64,000 nt of DNA, taken from positions 99,929-163,928 of the forward strand of contig CAZXFT010000005.1 in NCBI GenBank assembly GCA_964640655.1, in the 5' to 3' direction. Position 1 is the first letter of the stretch, and each line of letters starts with the position of its first letter. This DNA is from an uncultured Bifidobacteriaceae bacterium (lineage in GTDB: Bacteria > Bacteroidota > Bacteroidia > Chitinophagales > UBA10324). The translations under genes were made by a program, and so were the position numbers. Under the pieces are notes generated by a model. That model did no database searches. It was not told where the DNA came from and saw only the letters and a program-made list of their open reading frames with translations. Positions 57,453-64,000 of the stretch are shown in pieces.

Positions 57453-58361
57453 ATGTGGGTTAAAAAGAAACTGCTCTTCTGTCCAAACAATGAATACCCA
57501 TGGATGAACAGTCATGCAGCTAATCCTTTTGCTATCAGAATAAGCTCAAAAGTTTATAGAATATTCTTTACAGTACGAGATTCACAATCAAGATCACACA
57601 TAACCTATGGAGATTTCGATGCATCAGATGATTTTCGCTTAATAGGATTATCTCAACATCCGGTACTAGAACCCGGCCAACCTGGTTTATTTGATGATTC
57701 GGGTGTTGCGGTAGGTTATATTATCGAAATTAATGGTATTCTCAATCTGTATTACTTAGGCTGGAATCTAAAAGTAACAGTACCATGGCTGAATACTATA
57801 GGCAGAGCCGTATGGTCTGAGAATGAAAACCGATTTATAAAATGTGGAAAAGTTCCGATTATGGACCGAAGTGAGGAAGATCCTTATTCAATTTCATACC
57901 CCTCAATATTATTTGAGGATGGTGTGTATCGAATGTGGTATGGCTCCAATTTAGGTTGGGGAAAAACACAAGAAGATATGCAACACGTAATTAAATATGC
58001 CGAGTCTAAGGATGGGATTCAATGGATCAGATATAATGAGATTTCTGTGAATCTAAAGTACCCGGGTGAATATGCTTTATCAAAACCTTTCGTGATAAAA
58101 CATGAGGGGATATACAAAATGTGGTATTCTTATCGTGCTAATGCAAATATTTTAACTTACAGAATTGGATATGCTGAATCAGTTGATGGTAGAAAATGGA
58201 ATAGATTGGACGAACGCGCAGGTATAGATGTATCAAATTCCGGATGGGATTCAGAAATGATTTCCTACCCATTCGTATTTGAACACGATAATAAATTAAT
58301 GATGCTTTACAACGGTAACGGCTATGGTAGAACCGGGTTCGGGTTAGCGGTGTTAGAATAA
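57453..58361 (+). CDS. Uncharacterised protein, predicted beta-propeller (GH32/43/130-superfamily-like fold)
   Basis: Recurrent blades with aromatic Y(R/K)MWY motifs (GVYRMWYGS, GIYKMWYSY, LMMLYNGN). The fold call is by resemblance only. Confidence 0.35.
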   Translation: MWVKKKLLFCPNNEYPWMNSHAANPFAIRISSKVYRIFFTVRDSQSRSHITYGDFDASDDFRLIGLSQHPVLEPGQPGLFDDSGVAVGYIIEINGILNLYYLGWNLKVTVPWLNTIGRAVWSENENRFIKCGKVPIMDRSEEDPYSISYPSILFEDGVYRMWYGSNLGWGKTQEDMQHVIKYAESKDGIQWIRYNEISVNLKYPGEYALSKPFVIKHEGIYKMWYSYRANANILTYRIGYAESVDGRKWNRLDERAGIDVSNSGWDSEMISYPFVFEHDNKLMMLYNGNGYGRTGFGLAVLE

Positions 58362-58451
58362 TTATTTTTTTTCAATTTTTGCTACGAAATACAGCCTATT
58401 AATTTACCTTCCAAATAAAAATTCATCTTAGCAAAATAATAATTCGATTAT

Positions 58452-59591
58452 ATGCAGTCAATAGGATTCAATAAACCATACATGTCCGGTAATGAGCTTG
58501 AGTATATCAAACAATCATTAGCTAATATGAAGATTAGTGGAGATGGTGAGTTCACAAAAAAGTGTCATACATTTTTTAAAGACAGATTTGGATTTCAAAA
58601 AGTTCTCCTAACCACATCCTGTACCGATGCATTGGAAATGGCAGCCATACTTGCAGATATAAAACCAGGCGATGAAGTTATTGCGCCGTCATACACTTTT
58701 GTATCTACAGTGAATGCCTTTATTCTCAGAGGTGCTAAAATAATTTTTACCGACAGTTCTGAGACATCTCCAAATATGGATGTTAACGCTATTGAAACTT
58801 TAATAACCCCAAAAACCAAAGTTATTGTTCCAGTACATTATGCCGGTATAGCCGTTGATATGGATCCTCTCGTATCTCTTGCTCAAAAGCACGATATTAT
58901 TATTATCGAAGATGCTGCGCAAGCTATTGACTCCTATTACAAGGGAAAACCGCTCGGAAGTATAGGTCAGCTATCTGCCTTTTCATTTCATGAAACAAAA
59001 AATATTATCTCTGGAGAAGGAGGAATGCTGGCAATAAACGATTCGCAATTTAACAGCAGAGCAGAGATTATTCGCGAAAAAGGCACCAATCGCTCTGCTT
59101 TTTTCAGAGGAGAAGTTGATAAATATAATTGGGTGGATATCGGCTCATCGTTTCTGCCATCAGATATGATAGCTGCATTTCTTTTTGCACAGCTCGAGTC
59201 TTTAGAAAAAATCCAGAAACAAAGAAAACATATCTGGAGTTTGTACTACGAAGGGTTATTAAACCTACAGAATAAAGGCTTACTAAACTTACCTCAGATT
59301 CCGAACTATGCATCTAACAATGCTCATATGTTCTACATTGTATGTAATAGCCTTTCTGACAGAGAGGCATTGATAGCATATTTAAAAGAGCAAAAAATTC
59401 AAGCTGTTTTCCACTACTTAAGTCTACACAAAAGCTCTTTTTATAAAGACAAACACGATGGTCGAGAACTACCGTGGAGTGATCACTATACCGACTGCCT
59501 TCTGCGACTTCCTTTATTTTATGAATTAGATGATGATTCAGTTAATCGAGTAGTTGATGCTATTAATCAGTACTTTCATTCAAAAAAGTAA
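58452..59591 (+). CDS. wecE: dTDP-4-amino-4,6-dideoxygalactose transaminase (DegT/WecE family)
   Basis: From memory, long stretches match E. coli WecE: PSYTFVSTVNAFILRGAKI, VIVPVHYAG, FSFHETKN (PLP Lys), EIIREKGTNRS, FFRGEVDKY.W.DIGSS, NAHMFYI and LRLPLFYEL. Confidence 0.85.
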   Translation: MQSIGFNKPYMSGNELEYIKQSLANMKISGDGEFTKKCHTFFKDRFGFQKVLLTTSCTDALEMAAILADIKPGDEVIAPSYTFVSTVNAFILRGAKIIFTDSSETSPNMDVNAIETLITPKTKVIVPVHYAGIAVDMDPLVSLAQKHDIIIIEDAAQAIDSYYKGKPLGSIGQLSAFSFHETKNIISGEGGMLAINDSQFNSRAEIIREKGTNRSAFFRGEVDKYNWVDIGSSFLPSDMIAAFLFAQLESLEKIQKQRKHIWSLYYEGLLNLQNKGLLNLPQIPNYASNNAHMFYIVCNSLSDREALIAYLKEQKIQAVFHYLSLHKSSFYKDKHDGRELPWSDHYTDCLLRLPLFYELDDDSVNRVVDAINQYFHSKK

Positions 59592-59649
59592 TAATAATCA
59601 TTTAGACATCTTGACCTATTATAACTATTATATAGAAATAACATATCCC

Positions 59650-59668
59650 ATTTGAGCCGGATTTGAGC
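59650..59668 (+). promoter_or_regulatory. Direct repeat ATTTGAGC-N3-ATTTGAGC, candidate activator site
   Basis: Two identical 8-mers are phased 11 bp apart, about 65-80 nt upstream of the -7 box of the Cys-rich protein gene. Confidence 0.2.
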
Positions 59669-59731
59669 TTAAATAACCCTGAATAATCAAATCTGTGCTC
59701 TCATTTTTCATTTTTTGGCAGGATTTTGGAC

Positions 59732-59739
59732 TATATTTG
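59732..59739 (+). promoter_or_regulatory. -7 promoter box TATATTTG for the Cys-rich protein gene
   Basis: Exact TAnnTTTG match 22 nt upstream of ATG 59762. Confidence 0.5.
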
Positions 59740-59761
59740 CTTTAAATAATTCACAGACAAT

Positions 59762-60160
59762 ATGAAAAAATTTCTATTAACTGTATCGTTCTTTGCTTTT
59801 GCAGGACTTACAGCATCTTATGCACAAACCACTACTACTAAAAAAGAAGAAGTAAAAGTGGAAACTACAGCACCTAAAACCTGCTCAGGTTCTTCAACAG
59901 CACCTAAAACTTGTTCCGGAGGCAGCACCGTTAATAACACCGAAGCACCTAAAACTTGTTGCAGTTCAAGCAACAAAACTTCTTGCAGCGGCAGTACAAC
60001 AATGACAAGCACTGACGGTGGCAAAACCACTTGCGATCCTAAGACTTGTGACAAAAAAGACGATGCAAAGAGTAATAAAAAGAATCCTAAGTCTAAATCA
60101 AATGCATCAAGTTGCACCACTTCTCCCAATTCAAATAAACCTTGCTGCAGCGGTCACTAA
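59762..60160 (+). CDS. Small secreted Cys/Ser/Thr/Lys-rich repeat protein, unknown function
   Basis: Signal peptide ..LTASYAQ. The mature ~110 aa carry 10 Cys in (A)PKTC(S/C) repeats and end in KPCCSGH. It has its own promoter box and a strong terminator. Confidence 0.65.
   Translation: MKKFLLTVSFFAFAGLTASYAQTTTTKKEEVKVETTAPKTCSGSSTAPKTCSGGSTVNNTEAPKTCCSSSNKTSCSGSTTMTSTDGGKTTCDPKTCDKKDDAKSNKKNPKSKSNASSCTTSPNSNKPCCSGH
59867..59971 (+). repeat. Tandem 30-nt coding repeats (ACAGCACCTAAAAC[CT]TG..), two full copies plus a third degenerate copy
   Basis: Units at 59867-59896 and 59897-59926 encode TAPKTCSGSS and TAPKTCSGGS. A related copy at about 59942-59971 encodes EAPKTCCSSS. Confidence 0.75.
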
Positions 60161-60180
60161 AGATTAATAATAACATTATA

Positions 60181-60208
60181 AAAAAAAGCCGGAGATCCCG
60201 GCTTTTTT
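60181..60208. terminator. Bidirectional intrinsic terminator between convergent genes
   Basis: AAAAAAA-GCCGG-AGATC-CCGGC-TTTTTT. The A-tract and T-tract allow termination in both directions. Confidence 0.85.
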
Positions 60209-60210
60209 AT

Positions 60211-60933
60211 TTACAGTAAATCATACAACTCAATTAGCTCGCTAATCTGATGCATCACCGGATGCTTATTATCTAATTGTAGAGGATTAAAGAAAATATG
60301 ATCGAGTCCTGCATTCTGGGCACCAATGATGTCTGCTTCGATGCTATCACCAATAACAATACTATTCAACCGACTAGCACCTGCCGTTTCTAGCGCATAC
60401 CTGAAAATGAGGGAATGAGGCTTTTGATAACCTGCGACTTCAGATGTAATGATATGGCTGAAAAATGGTCTGATTCCACTTACCTCCAACTTTTTATGCT
60501 GCACTTCGTCGAAACCATTGGTGATAATATGCAATTTGTATTTCGACTGCAAGTACTGCAAAACTTCTTTGGCATCCTTAAACAAATGTTCTTTAAGTGG
60601 CAAACGTGAAAGATAAAACTCCGACATCTGATGCGGCCAAAATTGGTTTTCAATTCCTAGTTCTTCTATGGTTTTATGAAATCGGATGTATCGTAGCGTT
60701 TCCCTGTTTATTTCATTTCGGCGAAATAGATCCCAGTAGTGGTAATTGTGCTTGGAATACACTTCATAAAATGAAGAAGCGTCCATATCTGTATGTTCGT
60801 GAAGTTTAAAGTTCTCGTACAATTCTTCGATGGTCAAAAAAGAATTCTTTTCAAAATCCCATAACGTATGATCTAAGTCGAAGAAAATATGCTCGTAAGA
60901 GCGGTGTAGTTTTTTTATCGAATCTCCTGACAT
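60211..60933 (-). CDS. HAD-superfamily hydrolase (YjjG-like nucleotidase subfamily)
   Basis: Motif I reads FFDLDHTLWDF. Also contains IITNG and GDSIEADIIGAQNAG. Confidence 0.75.
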   Translation of the reverse strand: MSGDSIKKLHRSYEHIFFDLDHTLWDFEKNSFLTIEELYENFKLHEHTDMDASSFYEVYSKHNYHYWDLFRRNEINRETLRYIRFHKTIEELGIENQFWPHQMSEFYLSRLPLKEHLFKDAKEVLQYLQSKYKLHIITNGFDEVQHKKLEVSGIRPFFSHIITSEVAGYQKPHSLIFRYALETAGASRLNSIVIGDSIEADIIGAQNAGLDHIFFNPLQLDNKHPVMHQISELIELYDLL

Positions 60934-61316
60934 AACTCTACCAACACACCGTTGGCCGATTTAGGGTGTACAAAACAAATTAACTTATTATCAGCACCGC
61001 GCTTGGGCACTTCGTTTAACAATGTGTATCCTTCACTTTTTAGTCTTTCCATCTCTAAGAGTATATCCTCCACTTCAAATGCCACGTGATGTATACCTTC
61101 ACCTTTGCGCTCTATGAATTTGGCAATTGCGCTTTGCGAATCAGAAGCTTCAAGCAGTTCCACTTTGTTTTCACCCACTTGAAAGAATGAGGTAGTAACC
61201 ATTTCGCTTTCCACTCTTTCGCGCTTGTATGATGCCGTGCCTAGCAGTCCTTCATATATTTTTTCTGCTTCTTTTAAATTTTTTACTGCTATGCCGAGAT
61301 GCTCAATTCGAATCAT
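60915..61316 (-). CDS. Methylmalonyl-CoA epimerase (VOC/glyoxalase fold)
   Basis: Contains IEHLGIAVKNL, GIHHVAFEVEDI and LVEL. 133 aa. Confidence 0.8.
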   Translation of the reverse strand: MIRIEHLGIAVKNLKEAEKIYEGLLGTASYKRERVESEMVTTSFFQVGENKVELLEASDSQSAIAKFIERKGEGIHHVAFEVEDILLEMERLKSEGYTLLNEVPKRGADNKLICFVHPKSANGVLVELCQEIR

Positions 61317-61371
61317 AGATTTATTTTTTACAAACCTAATGGAAACAAGCTATACACTGTCAACAGCTTAT

Positions 61372-61379
61372 TACCTTTG
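61372..61379 (+). promoter_or_regulatory. -7 promoter box TACCTTTG for the cysteine desulfurase gene
   Basis: Exact TAnnTTTG match 8 nt upstream of ATG 61388. Confidence 0.4.
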
Positions 61380-61387
61380 AATGCACC

Positions 61388-62518
61388 ATGAGCGATATCA
61401 TTTACTGCGACTATAATGCCACTACACCAATCGATAAACGGGTGCTGGATGCTATGATGCCCTGGCTTACTACGCAGTATGGCAATGCTTCAGCACGTAT
61501 TTATCCTCAAGGACGTTTAGCATTTGATACCGTTGAACGCAGCAGAAAAATATTAGCCGGTTTTTTGAATGCGGACAAAGAAGAAATCTATTTTACTTCA
61601 GGTGCTACTGAAGCCATCAATCTGGCAATGCGAGGCGTGTTTGAGGTATATCAAAAGCGGGGAAAGCATATTCTTATTTCCCCAACAGAACATAAGGCAG
61701 TGATAGAAACAGCGCAAGCGCTTGCAAAACAAGGTGCAGAGGTGGAGTATATCCCATTAACCTCAACAGGTTTGGTGGATTTATCGGAGTTACAAAAAAG
61801 AATACGGAGCAACACCATATTGGTGTGCGTGATGCTTGTAAATAATGAAACAGGAATTGTACAGCCAATTGAAGATATAGGCAAGATAGTGCATCATCAA
61901 CAAGCGTTCTTATTATGCGATGCAACTCAAACCCCCGGAAAGGTTCCATTCCCTATACTAAATCATTATGCCGATTTAATTACACTTTCTGCACACAAGA
62001 TTTATGGCCCTAAGGGTGTTGGTTTGCTATATGCCAAGCGAAAAAATCCACGCGTACAACTTGTGCCTCAGATTACCGGAGGCGGACAAGAGCATAACAT
62101 ACGCGCAGGCACACTCAATGTGCCAGGGATAGTTGGATTAGCAAAAGCAATTGAACTGATTAACAATGAAGAGATTCAGAGTCTAAAAGCGCTTCGAAAT
62201 TTATTTGAAGACAAACTGAACAGAAGCAATAATATAAAGATTAATGGCTTTGGTGTGGCACGAGCTGCTAATGTGAGCAGTATCACCTTTCAAGGACACA
62301 CTGCTCGCGAATTGATTTTAGCCTTGCAGGATGTTGCAGCAGTATCTACCGGTTCAGCTTGTTCCAGTGAGAGTAATGAGCCTTCGCATGTTTTAAAGGC
62401 CCTGGGTATGAGCGATGGGGAGGCTCTCAACACTTTACGGTTTAGTTTTGGCCGGTTTACAACTGTAGATGATGTTTTTGTGTTAACAGAAAAAATTATA
62501 ACCCTGCTGAAGGGCTGA
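61388..62518 (+). CDS. Cysteine desulfurase (NifS/IscS-like class V aminotransferase)
   Basis: Contains YCDYNATTP, TSGATEAINLA, SAHKIYGPKGVG (PLP Lys) and the active-site loop GSACSS. Confidence 0.88.
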   Translation: MSDIIYCDYNATTPIDKRVLDAMMPWLTTQYGNASARIYPQGRLAFDTVERSRKILAGFLNADKEEIYFTSGATEAINLAMRGVFEVYQKRGKHILISPTEHKAVIETAQALAKQGAEVEYIPLTSTGLVDLSELQKRIRSNTILVCVMLVNNETGIVQPIEDIGKIVHHQQAFLLCDATQTPGKVPFPILNHYADLITLSAHKIYGPKGVGLLYAKRKNPRVQLVPQITGGGQEHNIRAGTLNVPGIVGLAKAIELINNEEIQSLKALRNLFEDKLNRSNNIKINGFGVARAANVSSITFQGHTARELILALQDVAAVSTGSACSSESNEPSHVLKALGMSDGEALNTLRFSFGRFTTVDDVFVLTEKIITLLKG

Positions 62519-62585
62519 ACTTAATACCCTATTGCTTCGTTAGTAGGGTTAATTCACTTAATTTTACCATCAAAATCATAAATTT

Positions 62586-62912
62586 ATGATTACCATTTCA
62601 GAAAAGGCAGCACAAAAAGTAAACGAGATTTTACAATCGGAGCATAAAGATGATTCTTACTTTGTTCGTGTGAGTGTGATAGGCGGAGGCTGCTCTGGGT
62701 TGAGCTATAAAATGGATTTCGATAATCAATCGAAAGAAAAAGATCAGGTATTTGAAGATAAAGGAATTAAACTAGTTACCGACCTGAAAAGCTTTTTATA
62801 CCTATGCGGCACTGAGCTTGATTTCAGCGACGGACTCAATGGTAAGGGATTTCAATTCATCAATCCCAACGCATCCCGCACCTGTGCCTGCGGCGAAAGT
62901 TTTGCTGTATAA
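62586..62912 (+). CDS. Iron-sulfur cluster insertion/assembly protein (HesB/IscA/ErpA family)
   Basis: Contains GGGCSGLSY and the C-terminal CACGESF signature. Confidence 0.9.
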   Translation: MITISEKAAQKVNEILQSEHKDDSYFVRVSVIGGGCSGLSYKMDFDNQSKEKDQVFEDKGIKLVTDLKSFLYLCGTELDFSDGLNGKGFQFINPNASRTCACGESFAV

Positions 62913-62927
62913 TCCAAATACTACACG

Positions 62928-63587
62928 ATGAAAATTTGTATAGCCGGCGCCACAGGGTTGACCGGCTCTTTTGTTTTAAAACATGCGCTGAGTCAGGATG
63001 CAGTATCACAAATAGTGCTGCCGGTTCGCCGAAAAATTGATGTGGCAAACAAAAAAGTGCACCAAGTTATTTGCGACTATTCCGATGAGTCGTTATTGAA
63101 AGAAATATTGTCAGATGTCGAGGCCATCATTTGTTGCATTGGCACTACAATAAAGAAAGCCGGTTCTCAAGAGGCCTTCAGAAAAGTGGACTATGAAATT
63201 CCTTTGAAACTTGCGCGAAATGCCGGAGCACAATCAAAAACATATGTGCTGATGTCGTCGGTTGGCGCGGATAAAAACTCCACTAACTTTTATTTAAAAA
63301 CCAAAGGTGAAACTGAAGAGGCATTACATAGAAACTTTACCGGGAAGTTATTGATTGCACGGCCATCATTATTACTTGGCAACAGAAATGAATCCAGACC
63401 GACAGAACGTATTTCGATATTATTAAGTCCCGCCTTTAATTTATTAATGCTCGGCTCCTTTAAACGCTACAAAGCCATTGCGGCAGAAAATGTTGCAAAA
63501 GCAATGCTGCACATGGCTTTGCAACCGGAAAATAAAAATCAGATTGCTCATTACTCCGAGCTTATCTCAGCAGCAACAAAGCTTTAA
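62928..63587 (+). CDS. NAD(P)H-binding atypical SDR oxidoreductase
   Basis: Contains the N-terminal IAGATGLTGS Rossmann motif. 219 aa. Confidence 0.7.
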   Translation: MKICIAGATGLTGSFVLKHALSQDAVSQIVLPVRRKIDVANKKVHQVICDYSDESLLKEILSDVEAIICCIGTTIKKAGSQEAFRKVDYEIPLKLARNAGAQSKTYVLMSSVGADKNSTNFYLKTKGETEEALHRNFTGKLLIARPSLLLGNRNESRPTERISILLSPAFNLLMLGSFKRYKAIAAENVAKAMLHMALQPENKNQIAHYSELISAATKL

Positions 63588-63636
63588 TCAAAGAAGCATT
63601 GCATTTTATACCTTTACACTCAAACGGATTTAGTGT

Positions 63637-63987
63637 ATGCAAGAAAGTATCAGACAGAAAAAAATAGCCGGCGTGGTGCAGGAAGCATTAAACGAAATAT
63701 TTCAGAAACTTGGGTTGAATATAATTGACGGTGGCATGGTCAGCATCAGCAATGTATCAATAACTCCCGATTTGCTTATAGCCCGTGTGTCGTTGAGTTT
63801 TTATAATATCGAAGAGCCGCAGAAAGCTCTGGATAAGATGCATATCAGCTTGAGTGAGATACGCTATCAGTTGGGCAATAAAATTAAAAATCAAGTACGC
63901 CGAGTACCTGAGTTAGAATTTTTTATAGACGAATCTTTAGATCAGGCATTTAAGATTGAGGAACTGTTACGGAAAATTAAAAAATAA
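63637..63987 (+). CDS. rbfA: Ribosome-binding factor A
   Basis: 116 aa with VSITPDLLIARV and RRVPELEFFIDES, typical RbfA segments. Confidence 0.88.
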   Translation: MQESIRQKKIAGVVQEALNEIFQKLGLNIIDGGMVSISNVSITPDLLIARVSLSFYNIEEPQKALDKMHISLSEIRYQLGNKIKNQVRRVPELEFFIDESLDQAFKIEELLRKIKK

Positions 63988-64000
63988 TAGTGGCACTCTC

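Noticed and set aside
1-64000. Looked for CRISPR arrays, rRNA genes, IS elements/transposases, integrases, phage genes, toxin-antitoxin pairs and known defence-system genes.
   Set aside because: No regularly spaced direct repeats, no rRNA-like stretches, and no ORF with DDE/tyrosine-recombinase, phage structural or recognisable defence motifs were seen. The window is essentially core chromosome apart from the 52.6-60.2 kb block.

Overview
This looks like a Bacteroidota chromosomal segment. The evidence is type IX secretion (T9SS) C-terminal sorting domains, a CarboxypepD_reg-type TonB-dependent receptor, lipoprotein signal peptides, and a recurring TAnnTTTG -7 promoter box about 8-30 nt upstream of many start codons. 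About 60 densely packed protein genes are present, mostly housekeeping: rnhB, a PpiD-like chaperone, purQ, dsbD, DPP-III, sucAB, rpsT, cysC-cysDN, lpdA, prolyl oligopeptidase, kynA, glyA, lpxH, dusB, cdsA, psd, a cysteine desulfurase with an IscA-like protein, and rbfA. I recognised no rRNA, canonical tRNA, CRISPR array, transposase, integrase or phage genes. Four things deserve a second look. (1) A roughly 145-nt tRNA-like gene at 36360-36505 has a textbook acceptor/T-arm and D-loop identity bases, but carries a 75-nt insertion and a non-canonical anticodon loop, followed by its own intrinsic terminator. (2) The divergent TonB-receptor/kynA intergenic region (42491-42774) is hairpin-rich, with opposing promoter boxes and a plus-strand terminator. 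This suggests an attenuator or a cis-antisense sRNA. (3) An accessory-looking amino-sugar tailoring operon (52.6-59.6 kb) encodes WbqC, two methyltransferases, a PhyH dioxygenase, an LbH acetyltransferase, an ArnC/GtrB-like GT2, a beta-propeller protein and WecE. It lies next to a secreted Cys/Ser/Thr-rich repeat protein. (4) A PETase/dienelactone-hydrolase-like esterase carries a T9SS tail. All functional calls come from reading the translations and motifs by eye. No database search was run.
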